From a virus (lineage: Duplodnaviria; Heunggongvirae; Uroviricota; Caudoviricetes), in the IMG/VR virus record IMGVR_UViG_644736364_000008: DNA of 64,000 bases. One strand, 5' to 3'. How positions within the stretch are numbered: the first letter of the stretch is position 1; each line of letters starts with the position of its first letter. The notes under the pieces are model-generated. The model was not told the origin of the DNA and did no database searches. It worked only from the letters and a program-made list of their open reading frames with translations. Positions 1 through 8,278 of the stretch are shown here, one piece after another. The translations under genes and the position numbers were made by a program.

Positions 1-398
1 ACAAACTCACTGGTTTTCAGGGTGATATTGTCGGCAGCCTCAATAACCATGGATTTGATGCCCCTGACATACCAGCGCCCGGTGGCGGGTTCGTATTCAA
101 ACCAGCCACCGTCAGGATGTTCTGTCACGCAGGCGTCCGCCGACGTCGACGGTGGTGCGAACTGATTCGAATAGACAGCGGGCAGCGCAAAGGCGGTCTC
201 CAGATTGCCGCCCAGACTCAGCAGCACCACCTGCTCACCTTCCGATGGTCGCCACCATGTCCGGGCATTCCCGGCACGCAGGGTCAGCCAGCTGATCCAG
301 TTGGTTTCTAAGTCGCCTGTTTTCACCCGACAAAGCCAGTTTTCCCGGTCCACTTCGGTGACTACCCCAGTGCGGATCAGGTTGGTGATAAGGCGCAT
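1..398 (-). CDS. V: Baseplate assembly/spike protein V (3' end truncated by window edge)
   Basis: Minus-strand ATG at 398; translation MRLITNLIRTGVVTEVDRENWLCRVKTGD...TWWRPSEGEQVVLLSLGG resembles P2 gpV; lies downstream of S as in P2. Confidence 0.8.
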   Translation of the reverse strand, partial: MRLITNLIRTGVVTEVDRENWLCRVKTGDLETNWISWLTLRAGNARTWWRPSEGEQVVLLSLGGNLETAFALPAVYSNQFAPPSTSADACVTEHPDGGWFEYEPATGRWYVRGIKSMVIEAADNITLKTSEF

Positions 399-468
399 GA
401 TTTCGGTTAGTTGTGTGTTCATGAAAATAGACTGCTATATCTCAAAATTGAGAAGTAGCTTTGATAGT

Positions 469-486
469 TGTATCACGGCTGTCACA
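469..486 (-). promoter_or_regulatory. Late-promoter activator (Ogr/B-type) site TGT-N12-ACA upstream of V
   Basis: tgtatcacggctgtcaca is an exact TGT-N12-ACA dyad, placed as expected for a P2-type late promoter of V. Confidence 0.45.
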
Positions 487-560
487 AACAACTGGCAAAA
501 AACGACTACTATCTATAAATTATTGAGAGTTATCTCATTAACAAAAAAGAAGCTTGGTAA

Positions 561-2261
561 ATGGAACACTTAAGACAACTGCAAAATAAAACTTCCCTGT
601 TAGAAAAGTACGGGACTAGTAACGCACATCTTTTATGGTCATTAGGTCTTTACTTAGATGAATCCGATTTTGATAAGCTAGCATCTGATGGACTTACTGA
701 TGGTGGAAACGATAAGAAAATAGACTTCATTACCGTAATTAATTCAACGTTATTTATTGCTCAGGGTTACTACTGCAATCAGCAAGCACTTAAAATAGTT
801 GCGCCTGCAAATAAAGCTTCTGACTTAAACACTGCTTTAGCGTGGATTATGGCAGGCTCAGGAGAGTCTCCAAATGCAAAATTAAGAGCAAAAATTTCTG
901 AGGTTAGAAAATTAATTGATGATAACGAAATTGAAGCTGTTGAATTATTATATATCCATAATTGTGCCGAATCTGAGCAGGTTAAAACTGAGCTTGAAAC
1001 TTGTCGTGACTATCTAGCAGGTAGATTTGCAGACAAAGAAATTGAGGTAACTTACAGAGAACTTGGTGTTAATAGTCTTGAAAAATTGTATATTGCGCTA
1101 TCACAACAAATTGTTGTGACTGACAATATAAAGTTCAATGGCGAACTTATAAATTCTGTACAAGGTGATGGCTGGACTTCACATGTTGGCTTTGCAAACG
1201 GCACTTGGCTAAATTATTTATACAAAAATTATGGAGCAGAATTATTTTCTGCTAATTATAGGGGGTTCATGGGATTAAATAAGAGAAGAAAAATAAACTC
1301 ATCAATTAAGAATACCGCAGAAACATCCCCAAAAGACTTCTTTGTCTTTAACAATGGTGTATCAATCCTAACAACAAAATTCAACAAAGAAAAAGGGTTG
1401 TTGGAAGGAGTTTCAATCATAAATGGAGCTCAAACCACTGGTTCTATTGGTTCAGTTCAAGATATACAAAAATTAGATGGCCTAAAAGTCCTTTGTAAGG
1501 TTATTGAATGTAATGATGCGGACAAAGTAAAAAAAATAGTCCAGTATAATAATACTCAGAATCATATTACAACCTGGGATCACTACTCTAACAGCACAGA
1601 ACAAAAACAGGTGGCAGAAGAATTTTCCACTCTTGGTTATACATATTCACTGAAACGCGGCTTCGAAAATACTGGTTCTTTATTTGGCATTGAGTCTGTT
1701 GCTCAACCGCTGATAGCGTTACATGGGGATTATGTTAGCGCCAATAGAGGTAAAAACTACGTTTTCGATACAAAATCAGCCTATGACAATGCCTTTCATG
1801 ATTCGAAAGCCCAGCATATTTTATGTGCTTACACTATTTCAAAAGCTATAGAAAAAGTAAAATCTCAAATCCGTGCAAAAGAGAATAAAATTAAAGTAGA
1901 TGAGGATAACTTATTATTCCTCCAAAATTTAAAGTCTCGATTCTTTTTAATATCCGTCATCGGAGAAATACTTGAAGAATTAACAGATAAACCTTTGAAC
2001 AAGAAGAAAATAAAATATAAATATGATACAGCATTATCTAAAAATAACTCTCTGGATGATTTAATCGACCTTTGGACACCAGTTATAACTGCGATATTAC
2101 CACATGTTATCCGTGTTTCAGGTCAAGATTTAACCACCTACTTATCTGTAACAGACAACCCGTTATCTATCGTATCAAAGGAAGTTAAAAACATATTAAC
2201 ATCCTTAAAAGCGTTCCAACCGATTGAGCCATTAATTACTCTTTCAAATCACCTTGAATAA
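561..2261 (+). CDS. AT-rich cargo gene between V and S; possible AIPR/Abi-like abortive-infection protein (566 aa)
   Basis: Long ORF opposite to the tail operon, markedly AT-rich, own -35/-10-like region and terminator; N-terminal DGLTDGGNDKKIDF motif; sits at the P2 orf30 position. Confidence 0.55.
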   Translation: MEHLRQLQNKTSLLEKYGTSNAHLLWSLGLYLDESDFDKLASDGLTDGGNDKKIDFITVINSTLFIAQGYYCNQQALKIVAPANKASDLNTALAWIMAGSGESPNAKLRAKISEVRKLIDDNEIEAVELLYIHNCAESEQVKTELETCRDYLAGRFADKEIEVTYRELGVNSLEKLYIALSQQIVVTDNIKFNGELINSVQGDGWTSHVGFANGTWLNYLYKNYGAELFSANYRGFMGLNKRRKINSSIKNTAETSPKDFFVFNNGVSILTTKFNKEKGLLEGVSIINGAQTTGSIGSVQDIQKLDGLKVLCKVIECNDADKVKKIVQYNNTQNHITTWDHYSNSTEQKQVAEEFSTLGYTYSLKRGFENTGSLFGIESVAQPLIALHGDYVSANRGKNYVFDTKSAYDNAFHDSKAQHILCAYTISKAIEKVKSQIRAKENKIKVDEDNLLFLQNLKSRFFLISVIGEILEELTDKPLNKKKIKYKYDTALSKNNSLDDLIDLWTPVITAILPHVIRVSGQDLTTYLSVTDNPLSIVSKEVKNILTSLKAFQPIEPLITLSNHLE

Positions 2262-2263
2262 AT

Positions 2264-2290
2264 AACGGGTGGCCTCCTAGGCCACCCGTT
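2264..2290. terminator. Bidirectional hairpin terminator between the cargo gene and S
   Basis: Perfect inverted repeat aacgggtggcc-tccta-ggccacccgtt, followed by a T-rich run. Confidence 0.6.
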
Positions 2291-2316
2291 CATAACTTAT
2301 TTTTAATCTAAAATTT

Positions 2317-2775
2317 TTACGGCTTATTGTTATTAATTAACCATTGATAAAAAACATTCTTAACGTTGTTCTCAATATCATTGTTAATACCCAACAAACG
2401 CCGCTCTGCATACCGTACGTCCGGTCCTTTGCGACTGACGCGATCACGCAGACCGTAATGGTGAACACGGGCAATGCGCTGTACCTTACCTTCAAACTGC
2501 ACGCTGGCAGAGTCGGCGCTGGCGGCAGTTTTCAGGTATTTTGTGGTGCGCAGCTTTGCAAACATCTGACGTTTGATACGGCCTTTTTTACTGCGTGCTG
2601 TTACCCGTCGCGGTTCATAGCTGCTGCCGTCAGGGTTGCGCTGCATCCTGATATTCTGCTGCTGTGTCCGGCGAAGTTCCTGCGCCAGCTGGCGCATCAT
2701 GCGGCTTCTCGAGGCTGGTTCCAGATTCGCCAGCAAGGCACTCAGCCAGTCGTCCACCTTCTGCAGTTCAGCCAC
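2317..2775 (-). CDS. S: Tail completion / virion morphogenesis protein S
   Basis: 152-aa ORF; position and size match P2 gpS; overlaps R stop. Confidence 0.75.
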   Translation of the reverse strand: MAELQKVDDWLSALLANLEPASRSRMMRQLAQELRRTQQQNIRMQRNPDGSSYEPRRVTARSKKGRIKRQMFAKLRTTKYLKTAASADSASVQFEGKVQRIARVHHYGLRDRVSRKGPDVRYAERRLLGINNDIENNVKNVFYQWLINNNKP

Positions 2776-3220
2776 ATTTCACCGTCCACATTTCTTCAGG
2801 TGCATCAGGTTCCGCTATAGCTTCAACGCTCGACACACTGCCGTCAGTGCTGACCAGCACACGTTCCGTCAGTTGCAGGTTCAGGCTGATATCACAGACA
2901 TCGTTGCGCAGAATATCCACCTCAAAGGTGAATAGCTTTTCCCGTAACGCCGGGTTATTGATGGCATCGGGCTGGTTATCCCTCAGCCACAGCAAAACCG
3001 GGGCCATCAGCAGATTCTGGTCGCCGCTGAAATCCTCAATCACCGCGTTCAGTGTGTAACGGTACTCCCACGACATGGAGCTGGCCCCCGTGGCAACCAG
3101 CGAACCGTTATCCACAAACAGATGCAGTTTGTCCGGGTTATTGCGGACATAAGGCACCGCTTTATTGAGGGCGTGGCGCAGGGATTGTGGTTTGTTCACT
3201 GTTTCGCTCCTGACACGCAA
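2768..3220 (-). CDS. R: Tail completion protein R
   Basis: 150-aa ORF; KPQSLRHAL...LHLFVDNGS resembles the P2 gpR N-terminus; synteny. Confidence 0.75.
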   Translation of the reverse strand: MRVRSETVNKPQSLRHALNKAVPYVRNNPDKLHLFVDNGSLVATGASSMSWEYRYTLNAVIEDFSGDQNLLMAPVLLWLRDNQPDAINNPALREKLFTFEVDILRNDVCDISLNLQLTERVLVSTDGSVSSVEAIAEPDAPEEMWTVKCG

Positions 3221-3452
3221 TAATCATGTCCACTTTGTCTGCACAGACCGCCCAGGCGGCCTCCGTTTCATCCAGCAACGCGTTCAGATCACCGTTAGTG
3301 CGCGGCGTTGCCTGATCCAGCCGACACGGCGTCACTCGCGGACAACCACTGACGGTAAGCCATACCTCCGGTGAGTGCCGGACGTTTCCGCAGCCGGATA
3401 ATGTCAGCAGGCAAAGGAGTATCAGCCCAGCGGCGTAAATCCTCGTTCTCAC
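3162..3452 (-). CDS. lysC: LysC-like o-spanin (lipoprotein) overlapping lysB out of frame
   Basis: Signal peptide plus lipobox LTLSGC; embedded in and extending past lysB as in P2. Confidence 0.45.
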   Translation of the reverse strand: MRTRIYAAGLILLCLLTLSGCGNVRHSPEVWLTVSGCPRVTPCRLDQATPRTNGDLNALLDETEAAWAVCADKVDMIIACQERNSEQTTIPAPRPQ

Positions 3453-3723
3453 GTTTCAGTTCCTCGATCCGGTGTTGTCGTTGTCTCAGCAGCGTGCTGG
3501 TCTGTTCTGCTTCGGCATAGAGCCGCGCCTGCTCCCGGTTATTGGTTTCAGTCAGAATGGACAGGCTGATAAGCTGGCTATTGCTCTTTGCCAGTGCCTG
3601 GCTTTTGCTCTGCAGCTCGTCTGCCTGCGTGCTGATGGTCTGGCTGGCATCAGCCAGCCGCCACGTCTGCCAGCCCAGCGCCGCCAGTAATAACGTCAGC
3701 ACAACCAGCAGCAACCGGTTCAT
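3295..3723 (-). CDS. lysB: LysB-like i-spanin
   Basis: N-terminal TM segment then coiled-coil-rich sequence; follows lysA. Confidence 0.65.
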   Translation of the reverse strand: MNRLLLVVLTLLLAALGWQTWRLADASQTISTQADELQSKSQALAKSNSQLISLSILTETNNREQARLYAEAEQTSTLLRQRQHRIEELKRENEDLRRWADTPLPADIIRLRKRPALTGGMAYRQWLSASDAVSAGSGNAAH

Positions 3724-4097
3724 GCTGCTACCTGTTGCGCCATCTGATTACGGGTGATCCAGAAGGCAATAACGGTCAGTAGATAAAAGACCAGGGTAAT
3801 AGCCCACCCCGTCCAGGCGAGACTTACAACAATCAGCAATCGCATCACCCAACTGGTAAATACGTTTTCTTTTCGAGTAATTGTCTTCAGCAAAGATGCC
3901 CTTAACTCCTGCCAGAGCGGGCCATTCTTAATTAACGCAGCCAGTGCTACCGGAATTACCGCCCATGTCAGCAAACAGGCTACCCAAACGCCGGACGCTG
4001 CCAGTACCGGAAAAATCCCCTGCGGATACACCATTGCTGCGATTAACAGCGCCATCCATAACATCAGAAACAGTCCGCTGATTAATTTCTTTTTCAT
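3720..4097 (-). CDS. lysA: LysA-like lysis membrane protein (start chosen at MKKKLISG; ORF extends to 4169)
   Basis: Several hydrophobic helices; SD gggag upstream of ATG at 4097; position after endolysin. Confidence 0.55.
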   Translation of the reverse strand: MKKKLISGLFLMLWMALLIAAMVYPQGIFPVLAASGVWVACLLTWAVIPVALAALIKNGPLWQELRASLLKTITRKENVFTSWVMRLLIVVSLAWTGWAITLVFYLLTVIAFWITRNQMAQQVAA

Positions 4098-4098
4098 T

Positions 4099-4611
4099 TC
4101 AGTTTGCTCCCTGTAAACACCAGGCCATCTCCCGCGCACGGCGGTTATCCAGCCCCTGATTAAAAACACCTTTCACATAAACCCAGCGCGGCAACTGTCG
4201 GCATGCATCCGCCCAGCGCCGCTGATTGAGCAATTTCACCAGCGTGGAACTACAGGCATTGCCCGTCCCCACGTTGAAGGCAAACGACACCGTAGCGTCA
4301 TACACCTTCTGCGGCGGCTGTTGCTTCACACACCTTTCCAACGCCCGCTCCACTCGTAGCACGTTGGAGATCAGCCCTTCAGCTGCCTGTCGTTCCGTAA
4401 TAATTTTGCCGGGAATGACGCCCGACGTATTACCAATGCCGTCGGTCCAGACACCCGCGCTGCACTGATACGGCTGCAGACGACAGCCTTCATAATCAGC
4501 GATCAGTTTCAGTCCCTCCTCGGAGGTGTGAAGCTGCTGAAACCCCGGCAGCGTGGCAGCAATAGCCAGCACGGCCCCGACAAGGCAGCGTTTAACGATT
4601 GATGGATTCAT
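4099..4611 (-). CDS. K: Endolysin (P2 K-like lysozyme, signal-anchor type)
   Basis: 170 aa; N-terminal hydrophobic anchor; EGxxLxAYxCxAGVWT lysozyme-like motif; P2 gene order. Confidence 0.85.
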   Translation of the reverse strand: MNPSIVKRCLVGAVLAIAATLPGFQQLHTSEEGLKLIADYEGCRLQPYQCSAGVWTDGIGNTSGVIPGKIITERQAAEGLISNVLRVERALERCVKQQPPQKVYDATVSFAFNVGTGNACSSTLVKLLNQRRWADACRQLPRWVYVKGVFNQGLDNRRAREMAWCLQGAN

Positions 4612-4807
4612 AGTCCTCCCGCGAGATCTGCCCGTCGCGCAGAAGCTGGTAGGCTTTGTGTTTGTAGTACCAGTTGATAGCCAGCATCAGCACACCGATC
4701 ATCAGGCCGCCCAGCGTTGAGGCATCCTTGATGGACAAATCGCCCAGCCAGGCCAGCACGACGGCGATGCAATACGTGATAAAGGCGCTGATTCGCTCAA
4801 GCGTCAT
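4592..4807 (-). CDS. Y: Holin (P2 Y-like)
   Basis: 71 aa, two TM helices, charged C-terminus; immediately upstream of endolysin. Confidence 0.7.
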   Translation of the reverse strand: MTLERISAFITYCIAVVLAWLGDLSIKDASTLGGLMIGVLMLAINWYYKHKAYQLLRDGQISREDYESINR

Positions 4808-4810
4808 AAT

Positions 4811-5014
4811 TCAGTCCCATAGCTGGACGGTCTGCACGGTGGTGGTGGTCGGAATGTCCGGCAGCTCCACCTGCAGCCCGTGAGGTAAAAAGGGGCCGTA
4901 TTCGGCAAGCCCCGGATTTGCCTTCAGTACCTGCTCCGTGACACCCTGCGTGCGCCCGTAATGACGCCAGCAAAGTGCGTCCACCGTGTCATACTGATGC
5001 GCACGCACTTTCAT
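4811..5014 (-). CDS. X: Tail protein X
   Basis: 67 aa; position between L and Y as in P2. Confidence 0.65.
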   Translation of the reverse strand: MKVRAHQYDTVDALCWRHYGRTQGVTEQVLKANPGLAEYGPFLPHGLQVELPDIPTTTTVQTVQLWD

Positions 5015-5478
5015 CAGATAAGCTCCACTGTGCAGTGCGGCGCATCCTGCACCCGGCTGATGGCCCAGCGGGCGTCACGCCATAAATCACCGCTTGCTTC
5101 CGCCAGTTCCTCGCCTCGCTTCGCACCGGATGCCGTGGCGTCATAGTCCTGGTAACGTTCGTTGAGCATGGCGCGTGCCCAGCAGTAAACCGCGTTGAAA
5201 TAGTGCTGAATGCGCTCGCTTTTGCCGTCCAGTTGTTCCGCCGGGACTTCTGCCAGCGAGGCATACCCCAGCATCTGCTGGCGTCTGCGAAACTCATACA
5301 GCTCTGCGTTGACCTCCGAAATTGCCGACAGGGCAACCTGTTTTAAACGCGGCTGCGTCACCGTGCCGTCAGTGCGCATCACACTGCGAAACTCCGACAG
5401 GTCCACATCAGGCCAGAACGGCGTATTCCTGATGATTTCCGCCTGTTCCGGTGCCTGTTCTGGCGCAACAAACTTCAT
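5014..5478 (-). CDS. L: Head completion/stabilisation protein L (start at MKFVAPEQ; ORF extends to 5541)
   Basis: SD aggag upstream of ATG at 5478; synteny with P2 L. Confidence 0.75.
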   Translation of the reverse strand: MKFVAPEQAPEQAEIIRNTPFWPDVDLSEFRSVMRTDGTVTQPRLKQVALSAISEVNAELYEFRRRQQMLGYASLAEVPAEQLDGKSERIQHYFNAVYCWARAMLNERYQDYDATASGAKRGEELAEASGDLWRDARWAISRVQDAPHCTVELI

Positions 5479-5573
5479 GCTGCTTTCTCCTGAAATAGAG
5501 GGCGGTGGACGGGGTTTTGATGTGGCAGTGCCTTTCGCCACCCCGTGCCGCCCGTGCGCGGGGGCACGTTCTG

Positions 5574-6224
5574 TCAGCGGCTGTCATTGCGCAGTCTGCG
5601 CTCTAGCTGCTGTTTGTCTTTTTTCACGCCACAGCGGGGATCGAGCTGTAACGCATGGTTGAGATGATTAAGGGCAGACGCCGGATTTCTTTCACTCAGG
5701 ACAGCGCCAATCGCTTTATGCAGACGCGCCCGTGACTGGTCCGGCATATCCATACCGTCTGTCAGCTCCAGGGTCTTCAGCAACAGATCGGTATCAAAGC
5801 CGGTGGCGGCAAGCATTGCGCTCTGGGCTGCATCTGCCATTTCCTCTGCCAGCACGGTCTGCACGTTGCGGTTACCTAACGGCATCACCCAGCCATGACG
5901 CAGGGCGTGACGCCCGATCTCCAGCGCCCCGGCATAATCTCCGGCATCAATGCGCCACAGCATCACGTACATCAGCACGTCATCCTGTTGAGCGCCTCCG
6001 GCAGCCAGGACACCCTCCGCCCAGGCGGCGTACTTCGGCAGCAGCTCCACCTTGATTTCCGCTTTTTTGACCGTGGACTGAACGCCCTTGAGACGGCGGC
6101 GGTCTTCCGCCAGTTGCAGCAGCATCAGGTCATAGCCCGACGCGTGGCGAACGCTGCCGCCCTCGCGGGCGGCCTGTTCAGCCTGAACGCGCAGGCGATG
6201 CTGCCGTGCGGGACTCAGGCTCAT
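5574..6224 (-). CDS. M: Terminase endonuclease (small) subunit M
   Basis: 216 aa; position between N and L; P2 gpM-like. Confidence 0.8.
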   Translation of the reverse strand: MSLSPARQHRLRVQAEQAAREGGSVRHASGYDLMLLQLAEDRRRLKGVQSTVKKAEIKVELLPKYAAWAEGVLAAGGAQQDDVLMYVMLWRIDAGDYAGALEIGRHALRHGWVMPLGNRNVQTVLAEEMADAAQSAMLAATGFDTDLLLKTLELTDGMDMPDQSRARLHKAIGAVLSERNPASALNHLNHALQLDPRCGVKKDKQQLERRLRNDSR

Positions 6225-6227
6225 GAA

Positions 6228-7286
6228 TTACGCTCCGGTTTCTGCTGCTGCGGCGCTGAAGTCGCCAATCTGGATGTTTTCCACCAGTGCGGCGCAGCGG
6301 TAGTCCTCAACCACATAGGCTTCGTTAACGGATTCAAAGTTTTCAATCCGGTCACGTTTCGGGTTGTCGATAACTGAGCGGCGGCGGGTGTCTTCCTGCC
6401 AGTAGATGGACAGGTTATCCAGACGGGTGATCAGCAGTGCATTCGGCGGGAAGAACGGCGCACGCACGGCCTGCAGGCCACCCATGCGTTTCTGACTGAT
6501 GATCATATCAGCAGCCAGTTTTTCACTGTTTTCCTGCTCTTTGTTGACCAGCGGGAAATACTTGTCAGACAGCAGTTCACGACCGCAAATCACCACCAGA
6601 TCGTCATCGTCCTGGTAGACCACATCGATAAGCTCATTGACGGCATCCATCACCACGGCGTCCAGGTTGGCATATTCGCCACCTTTCCCGACTTTCACCG
6701 CACCCGGTGTGGTTTCACCGCCCGTGGTGGTGCTGCCCATGACGTGATCCGGTGCATCTTCACGGATTTTCTGCAGCCAGCCTTTGTTCACATCCTGCAG
6801 CAGCGGGTTTTCGCTACGGTTGGAGGTTTTCGCACGCTTCACGCCGTTAAAGCCGATCATGATGCGGTCCAGAGCCTGACGTTTCACGATGGCGTCACGG
6901 ATGCGCACCTGGAAATCCTGAAACTTCGCCCACAGGTCCAGCTTCGCGTAGGTCAGCACCGTGTCAAAGTTGGTCTGCTCGCATTTATATTCCACATCGA
7001 CCATCAGCGTCGGATCGACAGGTTCACGCTCTTTCGCGGTGGTGTCAGTGGTTCCGGCAATGGTGCTGCCAACTCCCAGCCCCAGCAGCTGACCGGACTG
7101 CTCAGTCACTGGCGTGACGTTAATCAGCGTCAGGAAAGCGGCGGACTGCTGGATCTGGTCTTCCAGCGTCTGCTGCACAGACGGCTCCACGGTGAACTTG
7201 CTGGACAGTTCTTCAACTGCCACACCGTTCAGACGCGCCAGCTGCTGCAGGTAAGCGTTAAAAGCAAAGCGGGTATTCTTCTTCAT
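6228..7286 (-). CDS. N: Major capsid protein N
   Basis: 352 aa; P2 gpN-like sequence and position. Confidence 0.9.
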   Translation of the reverse strand: MKKNTRFAFNAYLQQLARLNGVAVEELSSKFTVEPSVQQTLEDQIQQSAAFLTLINVTPVTEQSGQLLGLGVGSTIAGTTDTTAKEREPVDPTLMVDVEYKCEQTNFDTVLTYAKLDLWAKFQDFQVRIRDAIVKRQALDRIMIGFNGVKRAKTSNRSENPLLQDVNKGWLQKIREDAPDHVMGSTTTGGETTPGAVKVGKGGEYANLDAVVMDAVNELIDVVYQDDDDLVVICGRELLSDKYFPLVNKEQENSEKLAADMIISQKRMGGLQAVRAPFFPPNALLITRLDNLSIYWQEDTRRRSVIDNPKRDRIENFESVNEAYVVEDYRCAALVENIQIGDFSAAAAETGA

Positions 7287-7302
7287 CGGGTTTTGTGCTC
7301 CA

Positions 7303-8136
7303 TCAGCAATTGGTCAGAGTGTCAGCGGGGGCGTTACCGCCTGTTGCACGCTGGCGGTAGTCCTGGCGACTGTCTTCATGACTCAGCTTGTCCACCAGTT
7401 CGTTAAAGGCGGTTTGCTGTGCCTGCAGGGCAGTCTCCAGCTCAGACAGGCGTTCTTCCTGCTCAGACAGGGATTTTTCGGTGCGTGCGCTCAGGTTCTG
7501 CTGCTCAGTGGCGACCAGCTCCACGGCCTTATGCACATCAGAGAACCGGGCGTCATCGGACTGCTCTTTTTTGGTAAACAGCGCCGTGACGCGGGCAAAC
7601 AGGGACGGTTTGTCGTCCTGGATTTCTTCCAGTTCGATCACCGTTTCCTCTGCAGCGGTAAAGAGATTGGCAGGATTCTGCTTGCGGTTTGCCAGCAGGT
7701 TATGGGCTGCACTGGCGCTGAATGTCAGCATTTCCGTACCCAGACTGGCAGGGTCATCAGTGGCAGCCAGGCCGACCAGATAGGCTTTGCCCGTATCAGC
7801 GAACTTCGGGCTGACTTCCATAGAGGTGAATAATTTCTGGCCTTTTTTCACCAGTTCCACCAGGGACTCCGTTGGCTCAACGTCGGCATACAGCGCCATC
7901 TTGCCTGCCAGCGGACCTTCCGTGATTTCTTCAGCAAACAGCGCCGTCACCTTGCCGTAGCGGTTAAAGGTGCTGTCCGGCAGATAAGACTTGATGTGCT
8001 CAAGGTTAATCAGCGCGGTATACACCGCCGGGTTGTAGCTGGCTGCCATCTGTTCCAGCCATTCACGCTGGATTTCGCGTCCGTCGGTGGTGGCACCTTC
8101 CACCCCGATGCGAAAACGCTTTGCTTTCACTGTCAT
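7303..8136 (-). CDS. O: Capsid scaffolding protein O
   Basis: 277 aa; coiled-coil/acidic C-terminal half; divergent from P as in P2. Confidence 0.85.
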   Translation of the reverse strand: MTVKAKRFRIGVEGATTDGREIQREWLEQMAASYNPAVYTALINLEHIKSYLPDSTFNRYGKVTALFAEEITEGPLAGKMALYADVEPTESLVELVKKGQKLFTSMEVSPKFADTGKAYLVGLAATDDPASLGTEMLTFSASAAHNLLANRKQNPANLFTAAEETVIELEEIQDDKPSLFARVTALFTKKEQSDDARFSDVHKAVELVATEQQNLSARTEKSLSEQEERLSELETALQAQQTAFNELVDKLSHEDSRQDYRQRATGGNAPADTLTNC

Positions 8137-8214
8137 GAGCCGTGCTCCGTTAGAAAAAACTTACTGGAGCCTTATGGTTGCGGTGATGGGGGCAGTGAAA
8201 CAATGCGCGGTATT

Positions 8215-8232
8215 TGTACCGACAACCACACA
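8215..8232. promoter_or_regulatory. Late-promoter activator site TGT-N12-ACA in the O/P divergent region
   Basis: tgtaccgacaaccacaca, a TGT-N12-ACA dyad in the 142-bp O-P intergenic region. Confidence 0.4.
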
Positions 8233-8278
8233 AACCGCAGGCGGGGAAAGCCTTCATTCAAGGCTGTAGGTTTGTGCC

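Noticed and set aside
117-573. Plus-strand ORFs 117-311 and 205-573
   Set aside because: They overlap the minus-strand V gene and the promoter region, and their translations are Arg/Cys-rich with no protein-like character; the V reading frame explains this DNA.
6744-8136. Plus-strand ORFs inside capsid and scaffold genes (6744-7406, 7378-7833, 7388-7783)
   Set aside because: Antisense shadow ORFs within the well-supported N and O genes; translations are Cys/Arg-rich and lack start-site context.
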